Of a DNA stretch of 64,000 nucleotides, positions 1 to 14,400 are shown in pieces. Location of the stretch: positions 56,544,001 to 56,608,000 of the forward strand of contig NW_026262679.1 in assembly GCF_021869535.1 (NCBI RefSeq), given 5' to 3'. The stretch is from Mytilus californianus (Eukaryota). Each line of letters opens with the position of its first letter. Positions within the stretch are counted from its first letter, which is position 1. Made by a program: the position numbers and the translations under genes. The notes beneath the pieces were generated by a model, which was not told the origin of the DNA, did no database searches, and saw nothing but the letters and a program-made list of their open reading frames with translations.

Positions 1-1448
1 TCTCCTTTAAATCATCTGGGTCAAATGCTGCCAAACTCAATCTAAAGGATCGTTATGGTATCTAGTTTAAATGTTGTATCCGGAAATGTGATCCGTCAAC
101 AAAGATGGCCGCTGTTGCTAAACATAGAACATAGGGGTAACATGCAGTTGTTGGTTTGTATTTCAAGAACTAAGGCAGTTATAGCAAATCTGACAGTGTT
201 ATAATTAATCAGAAGGTCATGGTCTATCACCTGTGAACTGTTCAGAAAAATCGGACAATCCATTTTTGAGTTTTTGCCCCTGGAATATCAATTTTTAGTA
301 AATTTCAAAGTATTGGGTTATATCTCAAAACCTAAAGCAGTTAAAGCAATTTGACATGATAGGATTGACCAGCAGGTCAAGGATTATCTCCTGTGAAATT
401 TGCAGAAAAATCAAAATGCCCATTTTGGAGTTATTGTCCCTGAAAACTGTAACAGATAGAGAGATTTTTTTATTGTAAGAATGACCAGGAGAGTAATATT
501 TACAAATAAGTGCCCATTGAAAGACCAATTTTACTGATTTGCAAAAACTATAAAAGCTTAAAAGAAATTGTAAGAAGCAAAATAGTTCAGCAAAATAAGT
601 CAAAATGGCCTATTTTTTAACAGTAAGAATGACAAGAACAGTAATATCTACAAATAAGTCACCACGGACGAATTTTGAATTGACCTCTTACAGGAGAAAT
701 TGCCCTTGAAAGAATAATTTTACTGATATTTTTGCAGAAAATATAATACATAGAAGCAAAAACGGTCAGCAAAATAAGACAAGATGGACGAATCGTCAAT
801 TAGTCCTCATAGGAGTTATTGCCCTTGAAATACTCATTTTACTTATTTTTGCCTTTTTTTGGCAGAAAGTATGATAGATAGAGAGAAATTGTGTATTAAA
901 AATAAAATCTAAAAAAAAGAAGTCAACTGAACAACATTTGTAAATTGACCGCTTTTATGAGTTATCAATTCCCTGAAAGTTGGTTGTTATCAATTTTTTT
1001 TTTCATTTTTGCAGAAAGCATTTTTATAGAAAGAGAAGTTGTAAAAAGTAAAGATTATTTAACACACAGTAAGATCTACAAATAATTCATCATTGTCAAC
1101 TAATCCCTTTCAGAAATATTACCCTGGCAAGGTGATTTTTTTCTCCATTTTTTTTTACTTTTTGAACAAACTATAATAAATAATTAGATACTTTTAAAAG
1201 TAAAACTATTCAGCACAAGTTATACGATTTATTGCATTAAGTGACTTTTCTATCTCAAAAACTTCAATAGACAGGTATAAACTTTAAACAGTGAAAATAA
1301 CCATCTTTATAAGACCTACAAAAATGGCAGTTAAAAAGATCTGCAAATAAGCAAGTATTACAACTGATTGCAATTAAGGAACAAAATATATATCAAATTG
1401 GATATGTTTTACCAGGTGAGCGATTCAGTCTCTTGGGAACCCCTTGTT
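1..1448 (+). mobile_element. 3' part of a non-autonomous Helentron-type (HINE/pearl-like) element
   Basis: Ends caggtgagcgattcagtctcttgggaaccccttgtt (subterminal repeat, short hairpin, T-rich end); degenerate internal repeats built on gagttattgcccttgaa; same end motif inverted at 32481. Confidence 0.6.
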
Positions 1449-3094
1449 CTTGCTGCAATTCGTAAATTTTTAGATCGAATAGAACGAAATCTTTTTAAAT
1501 GTTTTTTTTCCACAAGTTCGTGTTCAGTACATGAACAATACAATGCAATATCTTATTAACGTTTCAACTTTTACAAACAAGTACAAAACACATGTTTTGA
1601 ATCAAATTACAAATATCTAAAAGCCATTCATATAGAATTACCAGAGACGATTATATCTACGTATATGTTTACAGTGACATTAACCCGTCTTCAATCCCCG
1701 CAATTATTACTCTAGTAAGACTGCATATTATTTAAACTTTCTCAATTTTATTGTTGTGTAATCTTAATTCTATGGCAACCTGTAAAATATTCTTAATAAT
1801 CTGTCCACTGATGGAAGTTGGATGTAGATGTCGAATGACAATACCCGACTTAATGAAAATTAAAACTGACGACAATGTTGGACTAATCGCTCTACCAGTC
1901 TTTCATGAGTAAGTTCCGCCAATGAGTTTGTTTTCTATAGGTCGGTGACCTGTCGTCTCGGCATCTTCGCCACTTTCCGCAAAACAATGTATTTAACAGG
2001 GCAAAAGTGCATATCATTAATTTCAATTGTATTTAGTTTATAAAATTTTGCAATTAATTTTTTTATGGGAAAATTGTTAATTAAAAATTGTAAGAACTAA
2101 CTCTGAGTCACACAAAGTGATTCGCTCTGTTGTCCCATTGCATATAATTGAAAATGGTGGTTTAGTTTAGTCTGCGATCTTAGAAGAAATTTTTACGAGT
2201 CGACCAACAATGAGATAGAAGAATTAATTACCCCTTTTCTTCTATGGACATAATCTGCGAGGATCCAATATTTGGGTGATAACATACTACTAATCTAAAT
2301 CTTTTTTAATACAACAAACATAAAAATGTATACGACGATATGTTCATTATAAAATATGAGACAACTTTCAACAAGAGAGAAAATGACGTAGTTCTAAGTT
2401 AGGAGCAATATAAATGTCACCGTACTGACTTCAGCAATTAGAAAAACCCACACCGCATAGCGAGCTATGAAAGGCCCTGACATTACAGATGAATAATACA
2501 CATGATGAAAAATTCCCAAATGAAATATTTTTTAAAATTTTGACTTAAAAGGCAAAAGTTTATCACATTTATTGTCTCAATCAGTTTATGCATGCGCTCA
2601 GCCTTCTACTTTCGTTTGCCGAATACACGAATTTGCATAAATTGATTGTTTATACTTTTTGCTTTATATTTCAGAAAAAAAGTTTGTTTTCATTTTCACG
2701 ATTGCTCGTATTTATGTCTTTTACACTAGTACGTTTTGTTTGTCGAACCACTTTGAAATGATAATATGTCTACCCATGATTCCATACCCACTTACCTATA
2801 AACGCCTTAACTCCGACTAAACTGACAGGAAACATAGTCACCCGAACCTATTGAAGAGCTGACGCATTTTTTTTCTAGTAATGACATATATTCGCATATA
2901 CGAATAAAGGGATTTGTGGTGTAATCGTGAAGAAGAAAATAACCTTTGCCCCCCCCCCCCCCCCAAATGAAAAAAAAATTTTAAAAAAAGACACCAGCTG
3001 AATCTTTAGTCATTATGTTGGATTGTGAACTATGTCAATACTGCACAAACAGATTAAACGTCCAGGTATTGATGCCTGACCTTGTAGGCGTTTG

Positions 3095-3425
3095 TAATTG
3101 TATATGCTGTATATGTTATGGAACATATATTGTATGTGTTTGTACATGTTGTATATGTTATGGAACATTTATTTTATGTGTGTGTACATTCTGTATATGA
3201 TATGTAACATATATTATATGTGTTGTTTGTACGTGCTGTATATGTTATGGAACATATATATTGTATGTGTTTGTACATGTTTGTATATGTTATGGAACAT
3301 ATATTGTATGTGTGTGTACATGCTGTATATGTTATGGAACAGATATTGTATGTGTGTGTATATGCTGTATATGTTATGGAACATATACTGTATGTGTGTG
3401 TACATGCTGTATATGTTATGGAATA
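3095..3425. repeat. 42-bp minisatellite, about 8 copies
   Basis: Unit tgtatatgttatggaacatatattgtatgtgtgtgtacatgc; ggaac/ggaat at 3336, 3378, 3420 gives period 42. Confidence 0.95.
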
Positions 3426-3475
3426 CAGTATTACATGATCAAACTACTTTGATTATATTTTCCTCAGTAATAGTA

Positions 3476-4620
3476 TAAAAATAAGGAGATGTGGTATGAT
3501 TGCCAATGAGACAACTATCCACCAAAGTTCAGATGAAGTGGATGTAAGCAATTATACGCAACCGTACGGCCTTCAACAATGATAAAAAAAACCATGCCGT
3601 ATAGTCGGCTATAAAAGGCCCTGACATGAAAAATATGAAACAATTGAATTGAGAAACCTAACGGCCTAACTTATAACAAAACAATTTACGAAAAACAAAA
3701 ATATGACAGACATGAAAAAACGACAACCACTGAACTACAGGGACAGGCACATACAGAATGTGGCGGGGTTAAACATGTTTGTGAGCGCTCAACCCTCCCC
3801 TAACATTTTACAGTGGTGTTACAGCACAACATAAGAACAAACTATAAAAATCAGTTGAAAAGGGCTTACTCATCAGATCGATACAAAGCAGAAAAAATTA
3901 AAAGGATGTGCTATTTATTCCGTTTGAAATAAGTTTTCTACAGGTACAGCCAAGATTGCAAACCAAATCTTTATATCTATGGAAGAATTTAGTAAAGGTA
4001 TAAAGTAATTTGTGGAAACGAAATCCCTGACTTAATGATTTACCAATAATACGCTCATTGGAATCCAAAACGTCACTACAGACACGGGCATAGCAAACGA
4101 GTTAGGATACATAAACACAATAAGACGATGCAAAAGGAACATCACCGTCCAAAAGAGGAAAATTAACAATAGGGAAAGAAAAATCATCTCTTTTGTCGTA
4201 AATCTTTGTGTAGAGTTTCTGGCAAAAAACTGAAATACCTAAATCTAGGAAAGGACAGTTATTGCTGTTACTATTTGATTTATTTAAAGTAAGTTCATTT
4301 GGGTAAATTTCGGCAGTATATTTAGAGAATTCTTGATTATTTAAAGAAAACATATCATCAAGATAACGGTAAGTGTTGTTGAATTGATTAATTACTATTT
4401 AGTAAATAGAATTTAGACGGGTCTTTACTGAGTTTTGCCATTAACTGTGATTCATAACAGTACTTGAATAAGTCTGATATTAAAAGGGGCACAATTGGTG
4501 CCCATAGGAATAACTACAACCTGTCAATAAGCTTTATGCCGAAACGTACATAAATGTTGTCAAGGAGAACATTTACGGCTTTAATCATCTCATCATACCA
4601 CCAGTAAGTATTTCTAACAT
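3476..4620 (-). mobile_element. Decayed Penelope-like retroelement: RT fragment plus internally deleted 3' trailer
   Basis: Minus frames give IPMGTNCAP, TYRYLDDMFSLNN, PFLDL, IYDKRDDFSFPIVNFP and KFFHRYKDL (about 3905-4600); trailer 3476-3900 matches 57964-58355. Confidence 0.88.
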
Positions 4621-4872
4621 ATTTACCTTTCTCATTTGAAAAAAAAAGGCTTTATGTGAATTGCAGCAAATAAATTTGCAATCAGATTTGTCAAACAAAC
4701 GACCATTAGGAGAAGAATTTGTATAAGTGACTTGTCACTTGTTTTCCACTCCATGTATTGTATTGATGTACGCATTTATTTATTTGTTTCTAAATAAAAT
4801 ATTGTTTACACTAAACGACCATTTGATTCAATAGGAAAAACTTTTGTTTGATGAGATAGTGTGGAAGTGTAG

Positions 4873-4931
4873 TATAAAGAGGGGAAAAGTCAAAACTGTC
4901 AACAGATTCAAAAGGACCATCAAAAGCACGT
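4873..4931 (+). promoter_or_regulatory. Candidate TATA box and short non-coding first exon of the coiled-coil gene
   Basis: TATAAA 4873-4878, TCA about 30 nt downstream (4908-4910), donor-like gtaatt at 4930; the ATG exon has an acceptor at 5360, so an upstream exon is required. Inference only. Confidence 0.3.
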
Positions 4932-5393
4932 AATTTATCTAAAACATCCAAAGAATTTTTTACGCTCCGAAAGTGGTAAATTCAACTATCTTCATATGTT
5001 TTATTACAAAAGTTAATGATAAGTTCTTTGATTAGTAGTTAAGGATATCGTTAAAAGCACTGAACGATAGGTAGTAGAACTCTTACTAGTGGCCGAGATG
5101 AAAGTATGTTTTACGGGTTTTTTTGTGGAGTTTAGGTAACCAATAATACATACATATTGATAGTATATCCGTATTTAAAAAGTTAATTTAAGCTTGATGT
5201 GAAGACTAGATATACATGCCTGCTCATAAAATGATTAATACACGTATTCATTGCACCGATACGATAACGATTGATAACAAAATGTTGTGTTCTTGTTTCG
5301 ATTCATGCACATATTATCATTGACAGAACTCCTAAAATATTTATATTTCTATCCCTACAGTTGATAATCGTCATTAGAAGATCTAGCAAAAAG

Positions 5394-5445
5394 ATGTCCG
5401 GAGAGAATGGTCAAGGTTCTGGGAATAACAGAAACGGGGATAATG
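5394..5445 (+). CDS. Coiled-coil gene coding exon 1 (MSGENGQGSGNNRNGDN)
   Basis: Acceptor ctacag ends at 5360, ATG 5394, donor G|gtaatg at 5446, phase 1. Confidence 0.8.
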
Positions 5446-8400
5446 GTAATGCATGCATCTTTACTTTATTTATCATGATAAAAATAATAAGATATAAAGC
5501 CAATGAGACAAATCTTCGCTAGATGATGTTAAGGTTAAGGACATATTTTACGTTCTCGTTAGATTTTAAATCACCTTAAAGTAAATTAATGTTCTTTTCA
5601 AGTTGATTCTAAAAGATTTTATTGGCACTCCGGCACAAACTGAGCGATAGATCTAGAGGACACAATAAATACATATTGATAGAAAAGTTAACAAATTGAA
5701 AAAAATAACAATATGGTAGATGAATTCGTGGTGAAATATTTTGGAATATATTTTGATCGTAATTAATGGATATCTCGATTTGTTATAAACAATATGAGAT
5801 GACGTGTTTCGCACAACGGACAATGCATGAGCATCTTGCTTATCTGCATGTCACGTCTAGATAATAAAAAAAAACAACCTGTAAAGTTCAGACACTATTG
5901 CATTAATGAGGCATCCAAATAATTATAATTATCAAATGTAAAAGATACTGATTTTTTATGACTATTCTCTGCATTTAAGTTGAACATATTTTGTATCCAT
6001 GATAGGACAAAATTCATTAAATTGGATGGCTTACTGTCATACGATCAGAAAGCCAGTTACCACATTATCCGGCATTACAATGTATGTAAAATCAACTTCT
6101 ATCGATAATTATACGGAAGTGATAAATGAAACCAATGTTGTCTTTGTTTGTTACGCGTAAATCAAAAAGTATTAATTGATGTGCCCAATGATACAATTTT
6201 AAACACTTATAGACAGTTCTCCACAGAACGACCCTGATACAGAAATTAGAAGAACGGAGGAATTAATTAAAGAAAAGGAGAAATCCATCGAAGGTCTTAA
6301 CGGTAAATTATTTTTATTCTTAAAAGTGCATTTACATGTACATATCATCATTCAACCTCATAACATTGCTATTCAGTTATGAATGAAATACAATTAACTC
6401 GGCCTGAAGTTCATACAATCCTACTGATTAACTACATGTATCAACTTTTGATGTTTAATGGTTTTGTACACAATTGTTTCTTATATTTTGTATTGCACAC
6501 CTTTCAAATATCCCCCACCCCTCAGAAAATTAAATGGTCACCCATTTAATTGAGAAAAAAAATACTGAAAATAAATCAATAGTTTTCACTCTTCATTCCC
6601 GGAACTTATTGTAGTTACTACACATATCATTAAATGATTACTGTAAACCAACTAATTTTCGCGAGCTATGTATTATCGCAACTTTTGCGGGTAGAAAAAT
6701 AACGCGATTTTAATCGTCGCGATTATGTCAAACTTGTATCTTTCCTTATTTGAATACATCAAGTAAATTTGAAAATCGCGAAACTAAATCGCCGCGTAGT
6801 GGTATAGAAAGGGCTCAACACGAAATATAGTATCCCCGAAAATAAGTTGGTTTATAGTACTCTGAATTTCCTTACAAGACAATCTATTATCTGTAAAAAT
6901 TAAAATAAGAACTACCGATATATACATGTGTCAATAACATTTGATTTTTTATTTTCTCCAGAAGACATAATAAAAGCTCATGAAAAATTGAGGACTGTTG
7001 AAGAAAGCACAATATCAAAACAGAAAGAATTTAAATCGTTATCAGGTAAGATAATACTACAATATGGAGATGTGGTATGATTGCCAATGAGACAATTATC
7101 CACTTAAGTTCAAATAAAGTGGATGTAAGCAGTTTTAGGCAACCGTACGGCCTTCAATAATGAAAATAACCCATACCGTAAAGTCGGCTATAAAAGGCCC
7201 CAACATGAAAAATATGAAACAATTCAGACGAGAAAACTAACGGCCTAATTCATAACAAAACAATTTACGAACAACAAATATGACAGACATGAACCAACAA
7301 TATCCACTGAACTACAGGCTCCTGACTTGGGACTGACGCATAAAGAATGTGGCTTGGTTAAACAAGCTCATTTATATATATTTTTTTTTGCCAAACCCTT
7401 TTGGCCATGGTGTTATCTACTTTTCTTCGACTTAATTTGATTTTTGATTTCACCTTGGTATCTTCTGTCTCTCTTTAAGATAGTGATACAAAGTTATAAA
7501 TTGCTTTACTCAAATAAAAGAAGAGGAACAGAAAAATTCTTCAACAATTATTGGTATATTGATGAGGATTACACCATTTTTATTGTCAAACGAAAATCAA
7601 TTGGTCTATTTTAGATTAACATTTTTTTCCAAATAAATGTAATTGCACGTGCTCAACATGACAACATTACAACAAGATATAATAATATTCAAAATGATTG
7701 CTCGTGTTAAACCTCTACCGAGAAAAGCAATACTATTTGTTTCTTCATAGTCTGCTTTAAACCCATTTTCCGTGATTTTTCATTCTGTATGTTTGTAAGG
7801 GGGGAGTGTATGAGAGGCATTTACATACTCTCCCATCGGTTAACATTTTGATTCATTACAATTTTACTATATTTTATAAATAAATGTGTATGTTTATCGT
7901 CTTTGTTTTCAGATAAGGTAAAAACACAAGAGAGTTCATTGAAGTCATGTAATGACCAATTAGTCAGTGCTAAAACAGTACTTACCCAAACCACTGAAAG
8001 ACACAAACGAGTAGCAGACGAGCTTGGTAACTGACGAAATTATTTATTTGATATACGAATCTTATGTTATGAATATTAAATCAGAATAATAGTTTTATGC
8101 TTTGATTTTAACATTCGGAGACCAACAAAAAAATAGAAGTTACAAATTTTGTCTTTCTTTTTTAACATCGCAGCGGTCCTGTTAAAGTTTCATTTTTCAT
8201 TCCAATGTTATGAATATTAAATCAGAATAATAGTTTTATGCTTTGATTTTAACATTCGGAGACCAACAAAAATATGGAAGTTACAAATTTTGTCTTTCTT
8301 TTTTAATATCGCAGCAGGTGGTCCTGTTAGAGTTTCATTTTTCATTCCAATGTTATGAATATTAAATCAGAATAAAAGTTTTATGCTTTGATTTTAACAT

Positions 8401-11400
8401 TCGGAGACCAACAAAAATATAGAAGTTACAAATTTTGTCTTTCTTTTTTAATATCGCAGCAGGCGGTCCTGTTAGAGTTTCATTTTTCATTCCAATATTA
8501 TGAATATTAAATCACAATAATAGTTTTATGCTTTGATTTTAACATTCGGAGACCAACAAAAATATAGAAGTTACAAATTTTGTCTTTCTTTTTTAATATC
8601 GCAGCAGGCGGTCCTGTTAGAGTTTCATTTTTCATTCCAATATTATGAATATCAAATCAGAATAATAGTTTTATGCTTTGATTTTAACATTCAGAGACCA
8701 ACAAAAATATGGAAGTTACAAATTTTGTCTTTCTTTTTTAACATCGCAGCGGTCCTGTTAGAGTTTCATTTTTCATTCCAATGTTATGAATATTAAATCA
8801 GAATAATAGTTTAATGCTTTGATTTTAACATTCAGAGACCAACAAAAATATAGAAGTTACAAATTTTGTCTCTTTTTTTTAATATCGCAGCAGGCCGTCC
8901 TGTTAGAGTTTCATTTTTCATTCCAATGTTATGAATATTAAATCAGAATAATAGTTTTATGCTTTGATTTTAACATTCGGAGACCAACAAAAATATAGAA
9001 GTTACAAATTTTGTCTTTCTTTTTTAATATCGCAGCAGGCGAAATGAAATCAATGTAAATAAATACAAAATACGTAAGAACTAGTAAATGTCTAATATAA
9101 GATCAATTTGAAGACATTTATTCTAAAATCAAAAGAAATAAAAGATTGAAAAGAATGGTGTTTCAAGTATATCAAAGTGTAGTCTTATTTGTTTGAGTTT
9201 ATTTTAGCACGATTAGACGAAACCCATTCTCTCAACAGACGTTTACAACAGATGTTGACCAAGGAGAACAAAACAAATGGCAAGTTTCTTTTGCATTAGT
9301 TTAACTCGGAATTTATTTCAAAATTTTCATTTCTTTCGGATTTTATCATTGAATTTCGGGCCTAAATTCTCTTCAACTTCGTACTTAATTTGACCTTTTA
9401 AACTTTTTTTATTTTTCGGGTGTCACTGGTGAGTCTTTTGTAGACGAAACACGCGTCTGGCGTTTAAAACTTTAAGCATGGCAAAACGTTGAATTTGTGT
9501 CATACAATTTCATACGTCCATAATTTGTTTTTGTAGAGACAAAGCAACAGGAGTTAAACGCACTAATTGTAAATAACACTTCAATAGAGGCAGATCGAAG
9601 ACAAAAAGAGGGTAATTATATTATTTGCATTCATATGATTGATAGAAATATTCTGTTTAAACGTTGAACAGGTCAGCAGATCAATAAGTGTTTGAAAGAA
9701 TTTTACGATTTCGATACGAAAAATATTTAGTATGGGATTATATGATATCCGAATCAATGGGATTACAAAAGTCAAGTGCATGTACCACCTACAGATTTCA
9801 CAAAGGCCATTATTGATTTAACAGGCCATTGATTTTCTGTTTAATTTGTTTTATAAACTTACTATATAGTTTCGGTTTCGACCAATGTTGAAGGCCGTTC
9901 ATTTACCTTTTTTTGTTTACAATCCCGTTACTTTATTTTGAGGTTGTTTTATTGGCAAGCATAGTAAAACTATTTTTATATTGGAACAATTATTTTATGC
10001 ATGATTTGCGTAATAGATCAATTTGTTCAATCAGGAGGACTGTTGCTTTGCCATTAAAAGTTGGTTATTCCTTAATTGGATGATATGTAAATGTGCGGAT
10101 TATTGATAAAGATCTCTGTCATTTATAACACTTAACTGATTGCTTGGTATTTTGCTGTGCAAATGAAATTTTTTTTTTTATGAATTTGGTGCATCCATAG
10201 AGGTTTTCTTTATTAGCCTTCATCAGGAACGCTTAAAAAAACATTAAGAAGGGGGTGTTTTACTATTTCGATAGCTACATGACCAAAAGGAACCTTTAGT
10301 TAAAATAAAATATGAAAACTAGCTAAGCTTAATTTTGCCTGAGGAAAACAGAACCTTAGTTTGTAAATAATTTATATTTGTTCCAACAGAAGTTTTAAAC
10401 ATTCGATTTTCAACTTTCAACATTCGTTACGTTTTCAACATTCAACATTCGATTTTCAACATTCAACATAAGAATCGTATATTTTAAATCACGCCATTTG
10501 TGAAGCAGTCACTACTGGGCTGATGATACCATCGATATAGCAATATACACCCAGTACAAGAAAAAAAAAATAACACAATTTAAAATCGAAGTTCTTTTCT
10601 GGGATTGCCTTCATCAGGAAGGATCAAAACCAACAATTATGAAAGTTAGGGATGTTTTAAATATTTTAGGTTCGATATGTCAAAAAAATTACCTTATCAG
10701 AATATCTTAAATCATATCAGGCCAACCTTGAGAGCTTGAACCTTAGTTTCTTAATAATTTCAAATTTTATCAACGAAAACTTTTATATATTCAATAAATC
10801 ACGTAAATCACGTAAATGGCGGACCACTGTCTTCTTGTCTAATGATACCATCGAGGACGAACAGACCACAAGTAACAATATCCAAACAGTGCAACCCCCC
10901 CCCCCCCCCCCCCCAAGTGCAAGAAAATAAAATTAATTTTATGCCTCAAATGCGTTTTTTTTTAATCAGGAACGCCCAAAATCAGAAAAAAAGAGGGAAA
11001 GCTGAGATTGTTTAAATAGTTGAGTAGTTAGACAATAGACACTGTATATAACCTAAAGGGATCCAAAACCTTCTATACTAAGATCACTATAAACTTTACT
11101 ACTTTTGATAAACAACTTTTTTTTTTTCTTTTTTTTTCTTTTTTTTTTTGCAAAATTTATGATAGATTTATACTTATATATATTAGCATGAATGCTATTT
11201 GTAATCTTCTGTTCATTTTTGTTTATTTGCAGAAAAGATAGCACAACTGACGATAGAATTGTGTCATGTTCGTGAGAGTCACGAGAAATATAAGAAACAA
11301 ATAGAAACTGCATTAGGTAATTTCACTTATAAGGCTCCTCGGTTTAGTCAAGCTAGATCTTAAATTCTTTATTAATTATTATGTTTTCTATGGAAATTAT

Positions 11401-14400
11401 GTAATGAAGAATGCCGTTTTACTCTTGTAGACTTCTCTCGCAACTCTTGGTAATATAAAAAGTACATAAATTGAACCTTCATAAACACAAATATAATCTT
11501 TTAATATCTTTGTAATCAAATCTTAGATTTAAAAAAAAGTATGGTTATTTGTAATTAAAAATCACTTTTTAAACAATATTTATTGTATGTCAAGAATTAC
11601 AAACTATTTACTTGTCACTTGAGCTTGAACCTAAGTTTCTTAATAATTTCAATTTTTTCCAACAGAAATGTTTAAGCAATGTATGTTTTAAAACGCGTTA
11701 GTGGCGAATCAGTCACTACTGGGCTAATGATACCCTCGAGTCCACACGTAGATGTATGAGATTTGACATTGTTTACTTTTTAAATGGTATAGAACAAAGT
11801 AAGACGATAATCATGCGCATCGACAGAATGATAATATACGATCACACGTTACTCATTTACACGCTGCGGGGCACACTGTGATGGCTCCCACCACTATCCT
11901 CTATGTGGAACGGGGACCCAATTATTTGCCCCATTGAAACGCATTGAAAATCGTAGTAAATAAATGGGGTGCTATTCAATTAATAATTTTGATAGCCACC
12001 TTGGGACTTCTGGTTCATGTTAGGCATTTGTTTTGAAGTTTCTAAGTACAATCTCAGTGCCTCATGACCGGCATTCCGTTGCAAAATTTTGTTTTGATTG
12101 ACAACAGGGTCAGTCCGTCTACTTCCGGGGAAGAATAAAGTCTAGAATTTAGGCAATTTACTCTATGTACTGACGCCAGATTACAGTTAAATCAATCAAA
12201 ATTTTTACAGAAATTCAAACTGGAAAGCCTACCCCTTCAAATAAATCTACATTCAGATACAGAACTTGTGTAATAATAACACTACACCATTTTAGATAAA
12301 AGTTATACATTTTTTTTTAAGAACTACATTCGTGGGTACCGGACTGGTTGCCGTAACTGGGATCCTATTCCATGTATTATTAGTATTCATTCGCTGAGTG
12401 TTTGAATAACTTTTCAATAGGTAATCTACAAAGCAAACTACAACTTCAAGAAAGAACCATCAAAATAAAGGAAGATGATGCCAAATCTAAAATGTTGCAG
12501 ATTAATAAGTTACAAGAAAATAAACAGCAGTTGGAAGGTAAATATAGGGGAAGGAGAGAGAGAGGGAGAATGCACATTTTAAAAGATGAGGGAATATTAT
12601 AATGCTAGTCCCGTTTCTAACACTACCTTAATATACACATCATAATGAAAGGGTAAGTTATGTATTCCAGGATCCAGGGTTCAAGGAAAGGAGAGGCGTA
12701 GATGACCATAATGGTAAAAATATTGTCAAGCATATTGAAATTCTTTTGACGGTAATGTATTCGAAAAACAACATTTGTTTTGTTATACTTATCCCTTCTT
12801 CATTTTACTCAAGAATATGTAACTTTTATTTTCGCGTTTTAACCCTTGTAGCACAAACGAACACTTTATTTCCATTAACCCACCATTTTCAGCGACATAC
12901 TTTCACCTTGAAAACAAAGTTGCGAACTAGCGCAATTTCTTCACCGCACTTGTAACCATGGGAGCTTATTCTTGCAGATACGCTGAGATGCGTTAATTTT
13001 GCATACACTATTTTGGATGAAGAGGCAAAGTTCGTTTATATATGCAGTATACTGGGATCATAAGCATGAATTAACTCACAAAATCTATGCTCACGATTTA
13101 GAGATAAAAACTTGCCGCCTTTAGTCTGGGTCGGCAATTTCCATGCTTTCTATATGGACTGTGATCTGACTTCACAACGCCCGATCACGTGATAATAAAA
13201 CGCCGTCAGACATCAGACCAATCTCGACTTACCTTCTTTTAGAAAGATTGGACGAAAAGGCTATTCTTGGGGTCCCACAGATAATATGCATGAATCAACT
13301 CCCAAGAATCTATGTACACGAAATGAAATAACGCATTGTTCAAAGTGAAACCAATTGGTGTTGAAGAGAATAAAGTGTATATGTGCTACAGATAATTAGT
13401 ACGTGATTAAAAATCCATATTCGTGGAATAAAATGAATATGAAATCTGATTTATCTACTTGAAAATGGACCTTTACAATTTAAAGATGATTTCATGTTTA
13501 GTGTATGGACTGCTCTTAGATGTCCCATGGCCCCAACACGTCCGCAAAAATGCTGTCAAACGTCAGAGCAATCTCGGACTAATTTTTTTGAAAGAAAACA
13601 ATAAAATGTATCCTGCATTCAATACGGAAAAGGCACTTTTACGCAATAAGCTTGAAAAAAACAGAAGACGGAGAAGCTAGAACCGTCAAAAATAAATTAT
13701 AGTTCTTAAAATATCACGAAAAACATATTATATTTCATATAACAATTGTCATATTGAATTATATAGGTCAAATACTACAGCTCACCATGGCTTTCAGACA
13801 GAAGGAAATGGATTTACAAAAAGAATCCTCAGAACATCAGCGTAAGTTTATTTAGTCTTTTTTAAACATTCAAATTTTGTTCAATGTGTACAAGTTGACG
13901 CTTTTGATGCTTGAGAATAAAAATATTATTTCAGAAATAATTACTAGGCATTTTTAGTATTTTTAATCCAGGTTTACTATATTCATTTATTAATTATACT
14001 TATTAATTTATACTTGTTCATTCACTTATTTATAAATTCAATGTTGTATTCCGCGCCTACGATAATAGGGGCATTATGTTTTCTGGTCTGTGCATCCGTC
14101 CGTTCGTCTTTTTGTCTCGTATTAGGTTAAAATTATGTTGAATTTAGTTTACCATGAGGTTTTAATCATTCCAACGTCAAACTTAGTACGCATACACCAA
14201 TAAGTTGTGAAATTGTTTGTACATCTTATCTTTATAGCGCCTGCCATTGACGGACATTGTATGCATAGCATTTATCCGTCCATCCGTCTGTCCGGGTTAG
14301 TCTAACAGTAATTCAAGTACTACTATAGTATATGCTTTAACAAATCCTAACCAAATCTGTAAATAATGTCGAGAGTTGTTTTAGACAAGCATTTCTTCGA

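Noticed and set aside
3015-3478. Overlapping ORFs with MYMLYMLWNIYC-type repeats
   Set aside because: Products of the 42-bp minisatellite, open in several frames on both strands, with no splice or start context.
8064-9041. Regular repeat array resembling CRISPR
   Set aside because: Units are contiguous and near-identical with no unique spacers, no cas genes, and lie in a eukaryotic intron.
11810-13600. GC-richer intronic stretches that look like non-autonomous DNA transposon debris
   Set aside because: No termini, TSD or second copy identified in the window, so not reported as features.
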